The position numbers and the translations under genes were made by a program. From a virus (taxonomy: Duplodnaviria; Caudoviricetes), in the IMG/VR virus record IMGVR_UViG_3300046103_003456, positions 1-36,230 of that record: DNA of 36,230 bases; one strand, written 5' to 3'. Under the pieces are notes generated by a model. It was not told the DNA's origin. It saw only the letters and a program-made list of their open reading frames with translations, and did no database searches. Shown here in pieces: positions 26,010 to 35,671 of this stretch. How positions within the stretch are numbered: position 1 is the first letter of the stretch; each line of letters opens with the position of its first letter.

Positions 26010-27257
26010 ATGACAACACCATCGACAGTATTGCCCGGCAGTACAGCCGGAACGGTTGACGCCGGGAGTGGTAAAGCGGGAGCAGCCCAAAGTGCAGCGC
26101 TGACTAGTGCCGAAGCCAAACTTGCTGAATTAATAAAACTGCGAGACGCCGCAAACACCTCGGCGGAACAAGACGACCAAACCACGGCTACTTTGCTTGC
26201 CCGTCAAAGTAAAGCTGATCGTCTAACTAGAGAAGCTGAAGCGGCTAGAAAAGAAGTCGAAGCGATAAAGGAAAAAGAAGCGAAGACGGGTCCGACTCTC
26301 CTAGATAAAACAAAATCGGCTGTAGGCACTACTGCGGACATTGCCACTACACTCGCTTTGCTCAAGATGGCTTTCGACCCCGACAAACCGGACGCTCCGG
26401 CAACTCAATCCGCAGGTGATGCCTATCGAGAATTATCGGGGGCAGCGGCAGACCCACTCGCAGCTTACAATCGAGAACTAACGAATTACGGAGGAACTTT
26501 CGGAAACTTCGGCATTTCCGCCTTGGAAGACCCTCGCCTCAGAGCCGCATGGGAAGCAGACAACAGACCTCCGATTAACGAATGGCTTCAACAGCAAGTC
26601 ATGGACAATCCAACGGGGGAGTCGGCCTTGATAATCCGGGATATGCTGGCTCCATACAACGTCGAAGCCAAAGAGCGAGGAATGCGAACGGACGAAGCGG
26701 CGGACTGGTACAACAACAACGACGCCTCTCAGTTCCAGTCGCCTGAAATGCGAGCAGCGCAGGCATATGCCTCCGGCTTGGCAAACGATCCTCTGTCGAT
26801 GCAGAATCGGGAATACATCTCAAACGAGTTGACCGGCGAATACTCACCTGAATTTTACACGAACATTCGGGAGCAGACCTTTAAAGGGATAGACCCCTCG
26901 ATGCAGGCGACGTCTTACGGTCTCGGAAAGGCTCTCATTGGAGCCGAGGGGGCAGTCCGGGACAGGCGAGACTCTGCCTCGGATCGAGCCACTCGATACG
27001 TAGCAGGGGAACGAGCATACGCTCCCAGCTATGCCAGTATCGCAGCCAGCGGAAGTGTGGACCCACTGAGCCTGTCGAACGTCGGAAAGATGGGCATAGG
27101 CAATATCGAACCGATGGACCCAACGGGAGCATTCTTCAGCAGCTTCCCCGCAAGGGAAGATGATGCATTAATGGCGGCTTGGGGAGCGCAGCCGTCGATG
27201 CAGGATAGAGTGACCGCATTCCAAGCGGCTTCGGACGAATTTCAAAACATCGGGTAA
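26010..27257 (+). CDS. Putative internal virion / DNA ejection protein
   Basis: 415 aa; Ala-rich helical/coiled coil; AAGGA RBS. Confidence 0.55.
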   Translation: MTTPSTVLPGSTAGTVDAGSGKAGAAQSAALTSAEAKLAELIKLRDAANTSAEQDDQTTATLLARQSKADRLTREAEAARKEVEAIKEKEAKTGPTLLDKTKSAVGTTADIATTLALLKMAFDPDKPDAPATQSAGDAYRELSGAAADPLAAYNRELTNYGGTFGNFGISALEDPRLRAAWEADNRPPINEWLQQQVMDNPTGESALIIRDMLAPYNVEAKERGMRTDEAADWYNNNDASQFQSPEMRAAQAYASGLANDPLSMQNREYISNELTGEYSPEFYTNIREQTFKGIDPSMQATSYGLGKALIGAEGAVRDRRDSASDRATRYVAGERAYAPSYASIAASGSVDPLSLSNVGKMGIGNIEPMDPTGAFFSSFPAREDDALMAAWGAQPSMQDRVTAFQAASDEFQNIG

Positions 27258-27260
27258 ATC

Positions 27261-28709
27261 ATGGCTCAATCACCTATACCATTTATGTCTCGCCAGCCGG
27301 CAATGGCAGCTCGCAAAGCTAACGATCAGCAATTCGTCCAAAACGTAGTTGATCGCAACGAAGTCGAGAAAGCTCGGATGGAGCAGATCAAAAGCCTGAA
27401 GCAAATAGCAAAAGGCTACGGAGCTTCTTCTGCTCAAGTTGAGAGCAGTAGCTTCGGAGAACTACAAGGATTCGTAAAGCGACTTGAAATCGAGAGGGCC
27501 GACGAAACAAGGGAGCAGGAAACTCGGCAACGAGAGATGCAGATGCGACAGTCACAACAAGCGATGCTGGCTGGTGCTGAGAAAATGGACCGAGAGGCAA
27601 AAGAGCGTCAGTATCGACAGAAACTATTTAGCGGATTACTCGCAAGCCCCGGAACGGAGCCTACGCAAGCAGCCGAAGACTTAACAGCGGAAATCAGTGG
27701 GGCAAGGAACGTTGCGGACAACATGCTTTCTTTAGCAACGAAATCAGGAGCATCTCCTGAGACGATTGACCGTATGAGAGCTAACTCGGAAGAAAAACTT
27801 GCAGCCTTTACACAAAGACTCCAAGGCCCGGACATGTCGAAGCGATTGCCATCGTCAGCGGAACAGATGTTCCCCGGCAGACCGCAAGTACAAGCTTTCT
27901 TACGTAAATCAGTAGAGGAAGGTCAGGACCCTGAACTAGCTTTTGGAATGGCGGCTAAGATGGCTGATGCCTTGCCTTCCCGTGAAGTAGCGCTTCGGGC
28001 CGCAATGAGCGGAGGAGGCTCCACTAGCGGAAGTGGTTACTTTTTCAGTGAGTCGGAAGCAGTACAAGCTTACGAACAAGCGGCTAGGTCTCAGGGCATT
28101 ACTCCGACCAAAGAACAGACCGATGCCTTTGTGGCATCGGCTAACGTAAAGGACTTGGAAAAAATACGGTCAGCCGCCGTCAGAACGGTCAAACGTTTTC
28201 AGCTCGATACTGCCAAAGACGTTATCGGAACAAGTGAACGTCTGGAGAAGATGATTCTCGATATCGAAAGAGACCCCGTCACGGGAGCAGTTATTTCAGG
28301 AGGAGTGAAAACCTTGGTAGCGCGGCTTTTCGAGCCTGTCGGAATCCTTACCGAAGACGACAAGAATCAATATGCCGGAGCTGGTGGATTTAAAACAAAA
28401 GTCGCTCAAATGTGGGATGATTTGATGACGGGAACTTTGACCGACGAACAAATCCCGGCAATCCGAGCCGCAGTACGAATATTGGAGGAAGATGCAAAAG
28501 AAACTCTTCGTGATGATGGCGAAAAAGCCGTAAGAAGTGTGGCCAGTGGTTATGGCATTTCCCTACAGGATGCCGTATCCAGAACGGCATTGGCGGAATA
28601 TCTGTTGTCACCTGAAGCTGACCCAGCCCAGCCAAACCAGTCACAAACTTCCAACCAGCCCGGTAGAACGACAATACCCGGAACAAACGCCACTTTTAAG
28701 CGAAACTGA
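27261..28709 (+). CDS. Putative internal virion / DNA ejection protein
   Basis: 482 aa; Q/E/R coiled coil; C-terminal VARLFEPVGILTEDD motif. Confidence 0.55.
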   Translation: MAQSPIPFMSRQPAMAARKANDQQFVQNVVDRNEVEKARMEQIKSLKQIAKGYGASSAQVESSSFGELQGFVKRLEIERADETREQETRQREMQMRQSQQAMLAGAEKMDREAKERQYRQKLFSGLLASPGTEPTQAAEDLTAEISGARNVADNMLSLATKSGASPETIDRMRANSEEKLAAFTQRLQGPDMSKRLPSSAEQMFPGRPQVQAFLRKSVEEGQDPELAFGMAAKMADALPSREVALRAAMSGGGSTSGSGYFFSESEAVQAYEQAARSQGITPTKEQTDAFVASANVKDLEKIRSAAVRTVKRFQLDTAKDVIGTSERLEKMILDIERDPVTGAVISGGVKTLVARLFEPVGILTEDDKNQYAGAGGFKTKVAQMWDDLMTGTLTDEQIPAIRAAVRILEEDAKETLRDDGEKAVRSVASGYGISLQDAVSRTALAEYLLSPEADPAQPNQSQTSNQPGRTTIPGTNATFKRN

Positions 28710-31700
28710 TGGGCTGGACCATTCAAGACCCGATCCTCGGCATAGACGTCGACTGGGAGGACGGAGACGACCCTAATCGCCCTCCTGCCTCACAAGATGT
28801 CTGGGACATAGCGAAAGAGATCAGAACCTCGTACAGCCTCTCTGCCTTGCCCGACGAGGTTAAGGTTAATGCGGCCAAACACGGCTTTTTCGAGACTCCC
28901 GATACGAACATGTACTCGCTTCTCTTTGGTGAGATGGCAGACGATCCCGAAACCCAAGTGGACGAAACTGAATCGGGTATTGTCCAGCAGTTGATCGAGA
29001 GCGGTCAGAAGTTTTCCCGACAACAACTCTTCAACGTTACTTCTGCTCGGCGAAAGCTCAATATAATGGAGGATCGTCTTGGCGGTAGTACACCCGTCAA
29101 GAACGACGATCCCAACGTCACTCAATTTCAAGAAGCGGGGAAGTGGCTTCGGGGCTTACAGGAAAACTGGGAATCGACAGGACCGTTCGGGTCATGGGAG
29201 CCAAAAGGCGCGGATTACTCTCAATCTCTTCAGCAAGTCGGATTAAAAGATAATCCTGCGAATCGGCGAAAACTGATCTGGTCCGCCCTTAACGAAGACC
29301 TACTCCAATCAAAAGCCGATGTAGGTGAAGGTGGAACAGGCGCAATGATGACGGGACCATTTGTTTATGCCGGCGGAAAGAAGATGGTCGCAAGTTGGCT
29401 CAAAGACGAAACCGACGACCAGTCGCTCTTGGACTATGCCAACGCCGCCATCGAGTTGGACAAGATGAATCACTACTATGAGGAAGGAGCCGAAATGGCA
29501 GCAGACCTCGTAGGTGATGAAGAAGCACTGAGTCGCATTCAGGAAGGCACTTTAACTCCCGACCCAGAAATGGCTCTGGCTTATACGATGATCCTCGACC
29601 CAATGAATGCCGCAGGAGGAGCGACTGCAAAACTAGCGACGTCTCCTTTCCGCATCGGCCTCAAGGGACAGGCCAGAAAGATCGTAACTGGATTACAGGA
29701 CAACCTCGCCAAGAAACTTGAACTAGAGGCTCTCCAAGCCTCTAGGAAAGTTGACAGTTCTTTATTGGTCACCAGACGAATCGCCGAGGAATTGACCGAG
29801 GTGAATACCGAAATAGCCGAGCAACAAGCTAAACTCGGCAAGTACGGAGGCAAGGACACCGTTTACAACTTAGGAACACTCGGTCTGCGCAAAGCACCCG
29901 GCCAAGTTCTAGAAGCGGCAGGCGAAACCCTAGACCTTGCTACGGATGCAGGTAAAGAGGCTTACAAGATGGCCTTGAAAGCCACTGATGCAGGTGCGCA
30001 ACGGACTTTTAGTCAGCTAGTGCTAGGCCAGTCTTTTCGTGGGATAGGCGGAGCAGTAGAGGCAGTGGCAAGAACATTGGAATGGGTTACTAGAGTTCCC
30101 GAAAATATTGCTTTATCCAGAATTATGGACGCCAACAAAGCGGCGGGACGTGAACTAACTCTAGCTCAAGCAAAGGCTGAACTTAGTTCTATGAGAGCTG
30201 CGGTTACGTCGGGTTTGGCAGGAGCGGCTTTAGGGTACTATGTGGGTGAAAATGACAGTATTTTACAATCCATCTCAACAGGTGCTTCTATCGCAGTGCT
30301 TGCAAAGTACCTTGGTCCAACAACCCTCACAAGAGTAGGCTCCGTAGGTCGAGATATGAAAGTCATCGGCCATGAATATTCACTAGCTCAATCAACGGAC
30401 AATCTTGCCCGTAGGATTTCAAAGACACCCACTCCATCCGTAGGATTGGTTGCGGCGGAAATTGATCAAACTGCAGCCTTATCGACTCAGGGATGGTTCG
30501 GTATACCCGGAGGAGTCAAAGGAGCATCCGCCGAAATCTTTCCGCAAAAACTTCCTTTTAGAGAAGGTCTGGACACGGTTACGGAAGGGATAGAAGCGGG
30601 AGCCAAAGGAGAGGCTAGGACCGTATCTGAGTCCACCCGCAAGTTCGCTCAATTTCTCGATGACACTGGTCTTGCCAAGGCAGGCCAAGTCGGCAGTACG
30701 TTCATGGGCGGAGTTATCAAAGGATCGGCCGTTCCTGGTGGAATCGGCTATGTCGCTGCAGGCGGAGAATGGGAAGGCGCTTTAACGGGAGCAGTCTTTT
30801 CGGCCCCGTTTACTGCGATAGGAGCGGGAGCAGGAACCTATGCTAGATTTCGATCCAAGGGAGAAGTCTATCAGAAACTATTAGGCGACAGGGCTTATTA
30901 CCGAGACCACTTGAGCAAAGTCGAAAAGAAGGCATTCGATTCAATGTCTAATGAGGGGCAGATTGCCGTTGCCTCGTTATCACTTTCCAACCCGGACGCA
31001 GTCGTTATTCCCGTCAAGTGGGGCCGCAATGGGGCGGGAGGATTACATAGTGTGGCAACGGACTCACGTGAGTCCGTCATCCGCCTCAACGTCGACAGCC
31101 CTAAATCTCTACTCTTTGCGATGCGTCACGAAAGTATGCATCATCTGGAAGCACACGGGTTACGACCAGTAGTAGATTCCATTCTTTTCGGCGACCCACT
31201 CACAGACAAAGTCGGCTTTTTCACCAAGCTCGATGAGAACAAGCAACCAGTAAAGGCTCCCATCGGAGAAGACGGCATCCAGCGATGGGAACTGTCCAAG
31301 GAATTTTACGATTTCAAAAAACAGTATATGAAGAAACTTCGGAAAACCGAAGGAGCCGATCCAGATGCCGTTCAAAAATACGAAGAGGACCCGACTCTAA
31401 TCGGGAGAGAGTATTTTGCGGAACAAGGTTCCGACCTCATGCGAACAGGTGAACTCCAGAAATTCCTTGATCGAGGACCAATGGCCAAGCTTTTCGGTAA
31501 AGTGGTCGAAGCTATGCAGGGTAGAGCATTCACCAAGAATCTACTGATGAAGTTCGGTATCCCTTTCGACTCTTCGGGGAAACCACTTGTCGGATCAGGA
31601 GCAGGAATCTTCAAGGATATGAAGCGAGTGCCTGAACTCGATCAGCTGGTTAAAAAATATGCCAACCAAGTAAAGAACCTTCGCAAAGAGGAAATTATCG

Positions 31701-33835
31701 GGACTAAACAACCCTCCGGCAAAAGAGAAGGTGGGCTGGCTCCTTTGGATTTTGACCAAGAAGCCACTCATGCTTTTTCAGTCGAAGACGTCAAAGACCC
31801 TCACGTTCTGAATACTCTGAACACAGGCGGAATATTCGCTCACAACCCTGATGGCTCCGTTAAGGAGGATGCTATGGGCAATCCGATCCGAGTGACCAAG
31901 AAAGAAGCCGCAGAGGCGTCACAGCCGGCAGTAGACCATGCCATTAGTGTCTTGGAGAAGCACGGTCAGGGACATCTGGTCGAAACTAATTCAGAGGGTA
32001 AGAAATCAGCTACGGTTCATTATCTGTCCGAGGCGATGCTGGACGATTTAGCGGCAGGACCGTTACATCCCAGACAAGTCCAGACTTTGAGGGACGTAGC
32101 TAAAGCATTGCGCGATGGAGACGGTGAAGACTCAGGAATGTTAATCGGATACTATTCAGCTACTGAGGGCAGGAAGCCGAAACCAGTCCCTTATGCCATC
32201 CGCAAAGCCTTCCCCATATCCTTTCAGATCACCCAAGGCGGAAACATTCTGGTTGGCCTGTTGGACGTAGCCAGACTCCAGAAGAACCTAACCTACCTGA
32301 AGAAGAACTTTCCCACAGAGACTCAATCGTTTGCCAACGACAACGAGGTTTGGTCGGACTTCCGCCAATACGCCAAGAACCTTGCTAACGGAGAACCCGG
32401 AGAGACGGGCCTGGCCGGAGATGCCGCCACAAAGAAAAAGGTCCTGAATGCATTGCTCGGAGCCTTCAAGAAAGAGCAGTTAGTAGCCAATCCTATTCTC
32501 GATAAGATCGGATGGAAACGAGATAATGCCAGCGGTAAAAGAGCGCCTTTTGGAACTGGCTACAAAACGTTCCGACTGGATCGAATCTTCAAGAGCGAAC
32601 GTTCGGGCAAGGGCATAAAGTTCAATCAATCGGCGGCAGACCGAGCAGCAGTCAATTTTATGCCCCGCCAACCGGACGACACAATCCCACTTCCTTTCGA
32701 CGAACTGCCGGGAGATAAGCCCGGCGAAGGATTTGGCAGAATGATCAACGTCGACAAGTCTAAGTCGGAAATGGCCGAAGCCAAGAAACTTGGCGAGGCT
32801 CAGAGCGGCTTTTCCAACTCCGGAACAGTTAGAGCAAAGAATGCGGCAGGGCGGGATAGGTTGTTTATGCCTGCCAAGGAAGGCGACGTCGTTCGCCTAA
32901 ATGAAGAGTCCTTGAGACTCTTCATGCCTGCCTCCGACAAGGTTAGGCTTGAGGACTACGTTGATCGCAAGATGTTCGCTCTCGCCTCCGACAGACTCGG
33001 CATCGGCAGAATGTACACTGGCCCAAAGGGCAAGAAGAAGGAACTGCCTCTGGAGGCACAAGGTGGCCGTGGATTCATGCAAATATTCAACGGTGGCGGC
33101 TGGGCTTTCAAGGGCAAGCAAACCGCAGGCAATTTCATGACGAGGGTTAAGGAAGTGGCAGATGGTGACCCTAGCGTCATCGTTGGCATCACCATACTGA
33201 GCGACCTCAATCACCTTCACTCGGCCTATGGGCAACTAGGCTACGTCAACGCTCTAAGAGCCGCCATAGAGTCCGGAACGATTACCGAAGGCATGGCGAA
33301 TAGGCAGATTAAAGAAATCGTAAAGCGCATCAAGCTATCCAAAGCCAAAAAGAACCCTTTGTCAGCGGAATCACGTAAAATCATCGAGGCTATCAAGAAC
33401 TTCGCCGACTTCGAGAAAGCCGTGAAGGCCAAGAAAATCAACTTTCCTTTAATGGCGAAAATTCGGAAACACGCTGAAGCCAAGACAATGCCTCTAACCC
33501 CAAAAGATGCTGAGAAGTTGGAACTGGACGTTCCAAGTATCGCTAGGGACATCGCCGACCCCGAACTCGTAGGAGCAGACTTTGGCAAGGTCGTAGCCTT
33601 GCTGGAAGTCCCCGTCGACCAGACCCCGAAGAAGACCGACTTTCACTATTCCTATCCATATTCCATCGAGGGCAACAAGATAGGATTCCTTGAAGAGTTC
33701 GCCGACATAGGCGAACTCACTTCCGACCCCAAGGTGAGGACTAAGGAGGGTCGTATTACGGCTCAACCCTTGCAGACCGTCATGCCGGAGTTCGACAGGC
33801 TAAAGGGCAACCGCTTCATGGCGGCTGGGCGGTAA
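28709..33835 (+). CDS. Large internal virion (polyvalent-type) protein with HExxH metallopeptidase motif
   Basis: 1708 aa; Gly/Ala hydrophobic segments; MRHESMHH (HExxH at 31127-31141) with downstream EYFAE; repeated FMP motifs near the C-terminus. Confidence 0.75.
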   Translation: MGWTIQDPILGIDVDWEDGDDPNRPPASQDVWDIAKEIRTSYSLSALPDEVKVNAAKHGFFETPDTNMYSLLFGEMADDPETQVDETESGIVQQLIESGQKFSRQQLFNVTSARRKLNIMEDRLGGSTPVKNDDPNVTQFQEAGKWLRGLQENWESTGPFGSWEPKGADYSQSLQQVGLKDNPANRRKLIWSALNEDLLQSKADVGEGGTGAMMTGPFVYAGGKKMVASWLKDETDDQSLLDYANAAIELDKMNHYYEEGAEMAADLVGDEEALSRIQEGTLTPDPEMALAYTMILDPMNAAGGATAKLATSPFRIGLKGQARKIVTGLQDNLAKKLELEALQASRKVDSSLLVTRRIAEELTEVNTEIAEQQAKLGKYGGKDTVYNLGTLGLRKAPGQVLEAAGETLDLATDAGKEAYKMALKATDAGAQRTFSQLVLGQSFRGIGGAVEAVARTLEWVTRVPENIALSRIMDANKAAGRELTLAQAKAELSSMRAAVTSGLAGAALGYYVGENDSILQSISTGASIAVLAKYLGPTTLTRVGSVGRDMKVIGHEYSLAQSTDNLARRISKTPTPSVGLVAAEIDQTAALSTQGWFGIPGGVKGASAEIFPQKLPFREGLDTVTEGIEAGAKGEARTVSESTRKFAQFLDDTGLAKAGQVGSTFMGGVIKGSAVPGGIGYVAAGGEWEGALTGAVFSAPFTAIGAGAGTYARFRSKGEVYQKLLGDRAYYRDHLSKVEKKAFDSMSNEGQIAVASLSLSNPDAVVIPVKWGRNGAGGLHSVATDSRESVIRLNVDSPKSLLFAMRHESMHHLEAHGLRPVVDSILFGDPLTDKVGFFTKLDENKQPVKAPIGEDGIQRWELSKEFYDFKKQYMKKLRKTEGADPDAVQKYEEDPTLIGREYFAEQGSDLMRTGELQKFLDRGPMAKLFGKVVEAMQGRAFTKNLLMKFGIPFDSSGKPLVGSGAGIFKDMKRVPELDQLVKKYANQVKNLRKEEIIGTKQPSGKREGGLAPLDFDQEATHAFSVEDVKDPHVLNTLNTGGIFAHNPDGSVKEDAMGNPIRVTKKEAAEASQPAVDHAISVLEKHGQGHLVETNSEGKKSATVHYLSEAMLDDLAAGPLHPRQVQTLRDVAKALRDGDGEDSGMLIGYYSATEGRKPKPVPYAIRKAFPISFQITQGGNILVGLLDVARLQKNLTYLKKNFPTETQSFANDNEVWSDFRQYAKNLANGEPGETGLAGDAATKKKVLNALLGAFKKEQLVANPILDKIGWKRDNASGKRAPFGTGYKTFRLDRIFKSERSGKGIKFNQSAADRAAVNFMPRQPDDTIPLPFDELPGDKPGEGFGRMINVDKSKSEMAEAKKLGEAQSGFSNSGTVRAKNAAGRDRLFMPAKEGDVVRLNEESLRLFMPASDKVRLEDYVDRKMFALASDRLGIGRMYTGPKGKKKELPLEAQGGRGFMQIFNGGGWAFKGKQTAGNFMTRVKEVADGDPSVIVGITILSDLNHLHSAYGQLGYVNALRAAIESGTITEGMANRQIKEIVKRIKLSKAKKNPLSAESRKIIEAIKNFADFEKAVKAKKINFPLMAKIRKHAEAKTMPLTPKDAEKLELDVPSIARDIADPELVGADFGKVVALLEVPVDQTPKKTDFHYSYPYSIEGNKIGFLEEFADIGELTSDPKVRTKEGRITAQPLQTVMPEFDRLKGNRFMAAGR

Positions 33836-33837
33836 GC

Positions 33838-34476
33838 CTACTTCTCCTTCATCAGCGCGTTGTAGCGCTTGTACCATGCGGCCTGAGACTTATAGAGTCC
33901 AGTCTTTGCCTCGGCATCAGCCGCTCCCTTGATCACCCGATCTATGTCTCTCAGTTTCTTGTCCTTGAGAGTCGCCTCGTACTTCAGATTGGACTCCAAG
34001 TAGTCGAGGATGAATATGTCGAGAACTCCTTCCATGTAATCGAGAATAAACTTCTTGTTCCCACCATGAGTCCCTGCGCTGGCATAAACACCTTGCCTTG
34101 GAGCGAAATATAAACCTGTCCCTCTGTTTGATGGGATTCCGAAATGATGCGCATATTTCCTCAAACTAACATCGCAACCCGCAGCTTCGGCTACCACATT
34201 TAATTGGACATAAATATAACCCCCCGCAGGCGACTTCTCTCCTTCCGGAAGTTTCGGAAGTACCTTGAAGCCACGAGTCAGCAATTTCAACTTAACCGTT
34301 CTTTCAATATCTTCTTTCGTCAGACCGATCTTCTTGGCATCTTCTCCGGGGTCTTCCACAACAACCTTAACCTCCCGAAAGGTAAAACCGACCTCCAAGC
34401 CCGGCCATGCTTTCCCGAAAGCCTGCGAACCCACCCCGATGGCGGCGATTGCGATAAGAGTTTTAACTAATTTCAT
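33838..34476 (-). CDS. Accessory secreted protein, unknown function
   Basis: MKLVKTLIAIAAIGVGSQAFG Sec-type signal, no lipobox; alpha/beta body; convergent with the last virion gene. Confidence 0.8.
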   Translation of the reverse strand: MKLVKTLIAIAAIGVGSQAFGKAWPGLEVGFTFREVKVVVEDPGEDAKKIGLTKEDIERTVKLKLLTRGFKVLPKLPEGEKSPAGGYIYVQLNVVAEAAGCDVSLRKYAHHFGIPSNRGTGLYFAPRQGVYASAGTHGGNKKFILDYMEGVLDIFILDYLESNLKYEATLKDKKLRDIDRVIKGAADAEAKTGLYKSQAAWYKRYNALMKEK

Positions 34477-34542
34477 CCCCGCATCCTAGCCGCCGCCGCA
34501 TTGGCGAGTCAAGGGCGGTAGGGCGGCTTCAATTTGACTCGT
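34441..34542 (-). repeat. Promoter + signal-peptide module, copy 1
   Basis: 102 bp; differs from 35569-35671 by 3 substitutions and 1 indel; minus strand TTGACT-N18-TAGGAT-N6-ATG followed by the rest of the first 12 codons. Confidence 0.92.
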
Positions 34543-34546
34543 CGGA

Positions 34547-34568
34547 GCCGCCATCGTTGGATGGCGGC
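34547..34568. other. Perfect GC-rich hairpin (9-bp stem, 4-nt loop)
   Basis: GCCGCCATC-GTTG-GATGGCGGC downstream of the FGE gene. Confidence 0.7.
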
Positions 34569-34683
34569 GGAGCGGTAGGCTATCATACGGCATTGCCGCC
34601 AAAAAACTTCGGAGCTTCGCTCGGCCTCAGTCGCTCCCCGCGCAGGCTCCGCTCTGCTCGGCGGCTCCCTACGGCTCACTCCG

Positions 34684-35604
34684 CTACTTACTGGCCGGTC
34701 GGAGACTGAGGCGGAAGCCCAGGTAGTAGTCGCCGTCGGCGGACTCGCGCCTGTGCCGATCCGCGGAACGGGCGCCGCCCGCCGTGGAGTTCCAGGAACC
34801 ACCGCGAATGACGCGGTAGGAGCCGTCCGCAGGACCTACAGGATCACGCGCTGCGCCGGTGAGGTAATCCCCATACCAGTCCGCGCACCATTCATATACA
34901 TTCCCGTGTATGTCGTGAAAACCCCAGCCGTTAGCCTTGTAGCTGCCAACCGGAGACGTGTTCTCGTAACCGTCGTCATGAGCTTTATCCGACCAATAGA
35001 AATCCGTGTTAACATCGGCATAGTTTGCGTGACGATGCAGTTCGCCCGATGCCTCGCCGAATGAGAAGGCCGTCTTCGTTCCCGCTCGGCACGCATAATC
35101 CCATTGAGCCTCCGTCGGCAACTGGTACGCCATGCCCGCAGGCAGGCGGCCCGCCTCGCGTTCCAGTTCAGTAAGCTTCTCGCAGAAAGACGTTACGTCG
35201 GTCCAAGTGACTGTCTCCACGGGGCGATTCGCTCCCTTGAAATGGCTCGGATTGCTTCCCATCACCTTCTCCCACTGCGACTGCGTCACCTCGTGCTTGC
35301 CGAGGTGGAAGCCCTCGGTGAGGGTGACCTGTTGACTGCCCCTTATGAAAGTCCCCGGTTTTACCCATAACATCTCCAGCGCGAGGTCGCGGATCGTGAA
35401 TGCCGTCCCGGCTCTTTTGGAGGCAAGGCTCTCGATTAAGTCTTCAGTCGGATGACCGCAACTCGGGCAAGCCTCGCTCTTGCTGGAGATACCCTTGCCG
35501 CAAATGCATGTTATAATGTCAGGCAATTCTACGTTTTCAGCATTTTCCCCACAGCCAACCATCAGCAGGGCGGCGATTGCGATAAGAGCTTTAACTAACT
35601 TCAT
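34684..35604 (-). CDS. Lipoprotein with zinc-ribbon and FGE-sulfatase (C-type lectin fold) domain
   Basis: LLMVGC lipobox; CICG...CPSCGHP; KHEVTQSQW, RPVETVTW, LPTEAQWDYACRAG, NGWGFHDIHGNVYEWCADWY, RVIRGGSW...GFRL. Confidence 0.92.
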   Translation of the reverse strand: MKLVKALIAIAALLMVGCGENAENVELPDIITCICGKGISSKSEACPSCGHPTEDLIESLASKRAGTAFTIRDLALEMLWVKPGTFIRGSQQVTLTEGFHLGKHEVTQSQWEKVMGSNPSHFKGANRPVETVTWTDVTSFCEKLTELEREAGRLPAGMAYQLPTEAQWDYACRAGTKTAFSFGEASGELHRHANYADVNTDFYWSDKAHDDGYENTSPVGSYKANGWGFHDIHGNVYEWCADWYGDYLTGAARDPVGPADGSYRVIRGGSWNSTAGGARSADRHRRESADGDYYLGFRLSLRPASK

Positions 35605-35671
35605 CCCCGCATCCTAGCCGCCGCCGCATTGGCGAGTCAAGGGCGGGTAGGGCGGCTTCAGTTTGACTCGT
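35569..35671 (-). repeat. Promoter + signal-peptide module, copy 2
   Basis: 103 bp; TTGACT 35635-35640, TAGGAT 35611-35616, ATG 35604. Confidence 0.92.

Noticed and set aside
21406-33766. Numerous 60-160 aa antisense or alternative-frame ORFs inside structural genes
   Set aside because: No motifs or start signals; expected shadow ORFs of long coding frames.
34684-35604. Complete DGR, or an active formylglycine-generating enzyme
   Set aside because: No reverse transcriptase, Avd or second copy of the VR seen in the window; the RGGSW region lacks the catalytic cysteines of true FGE.
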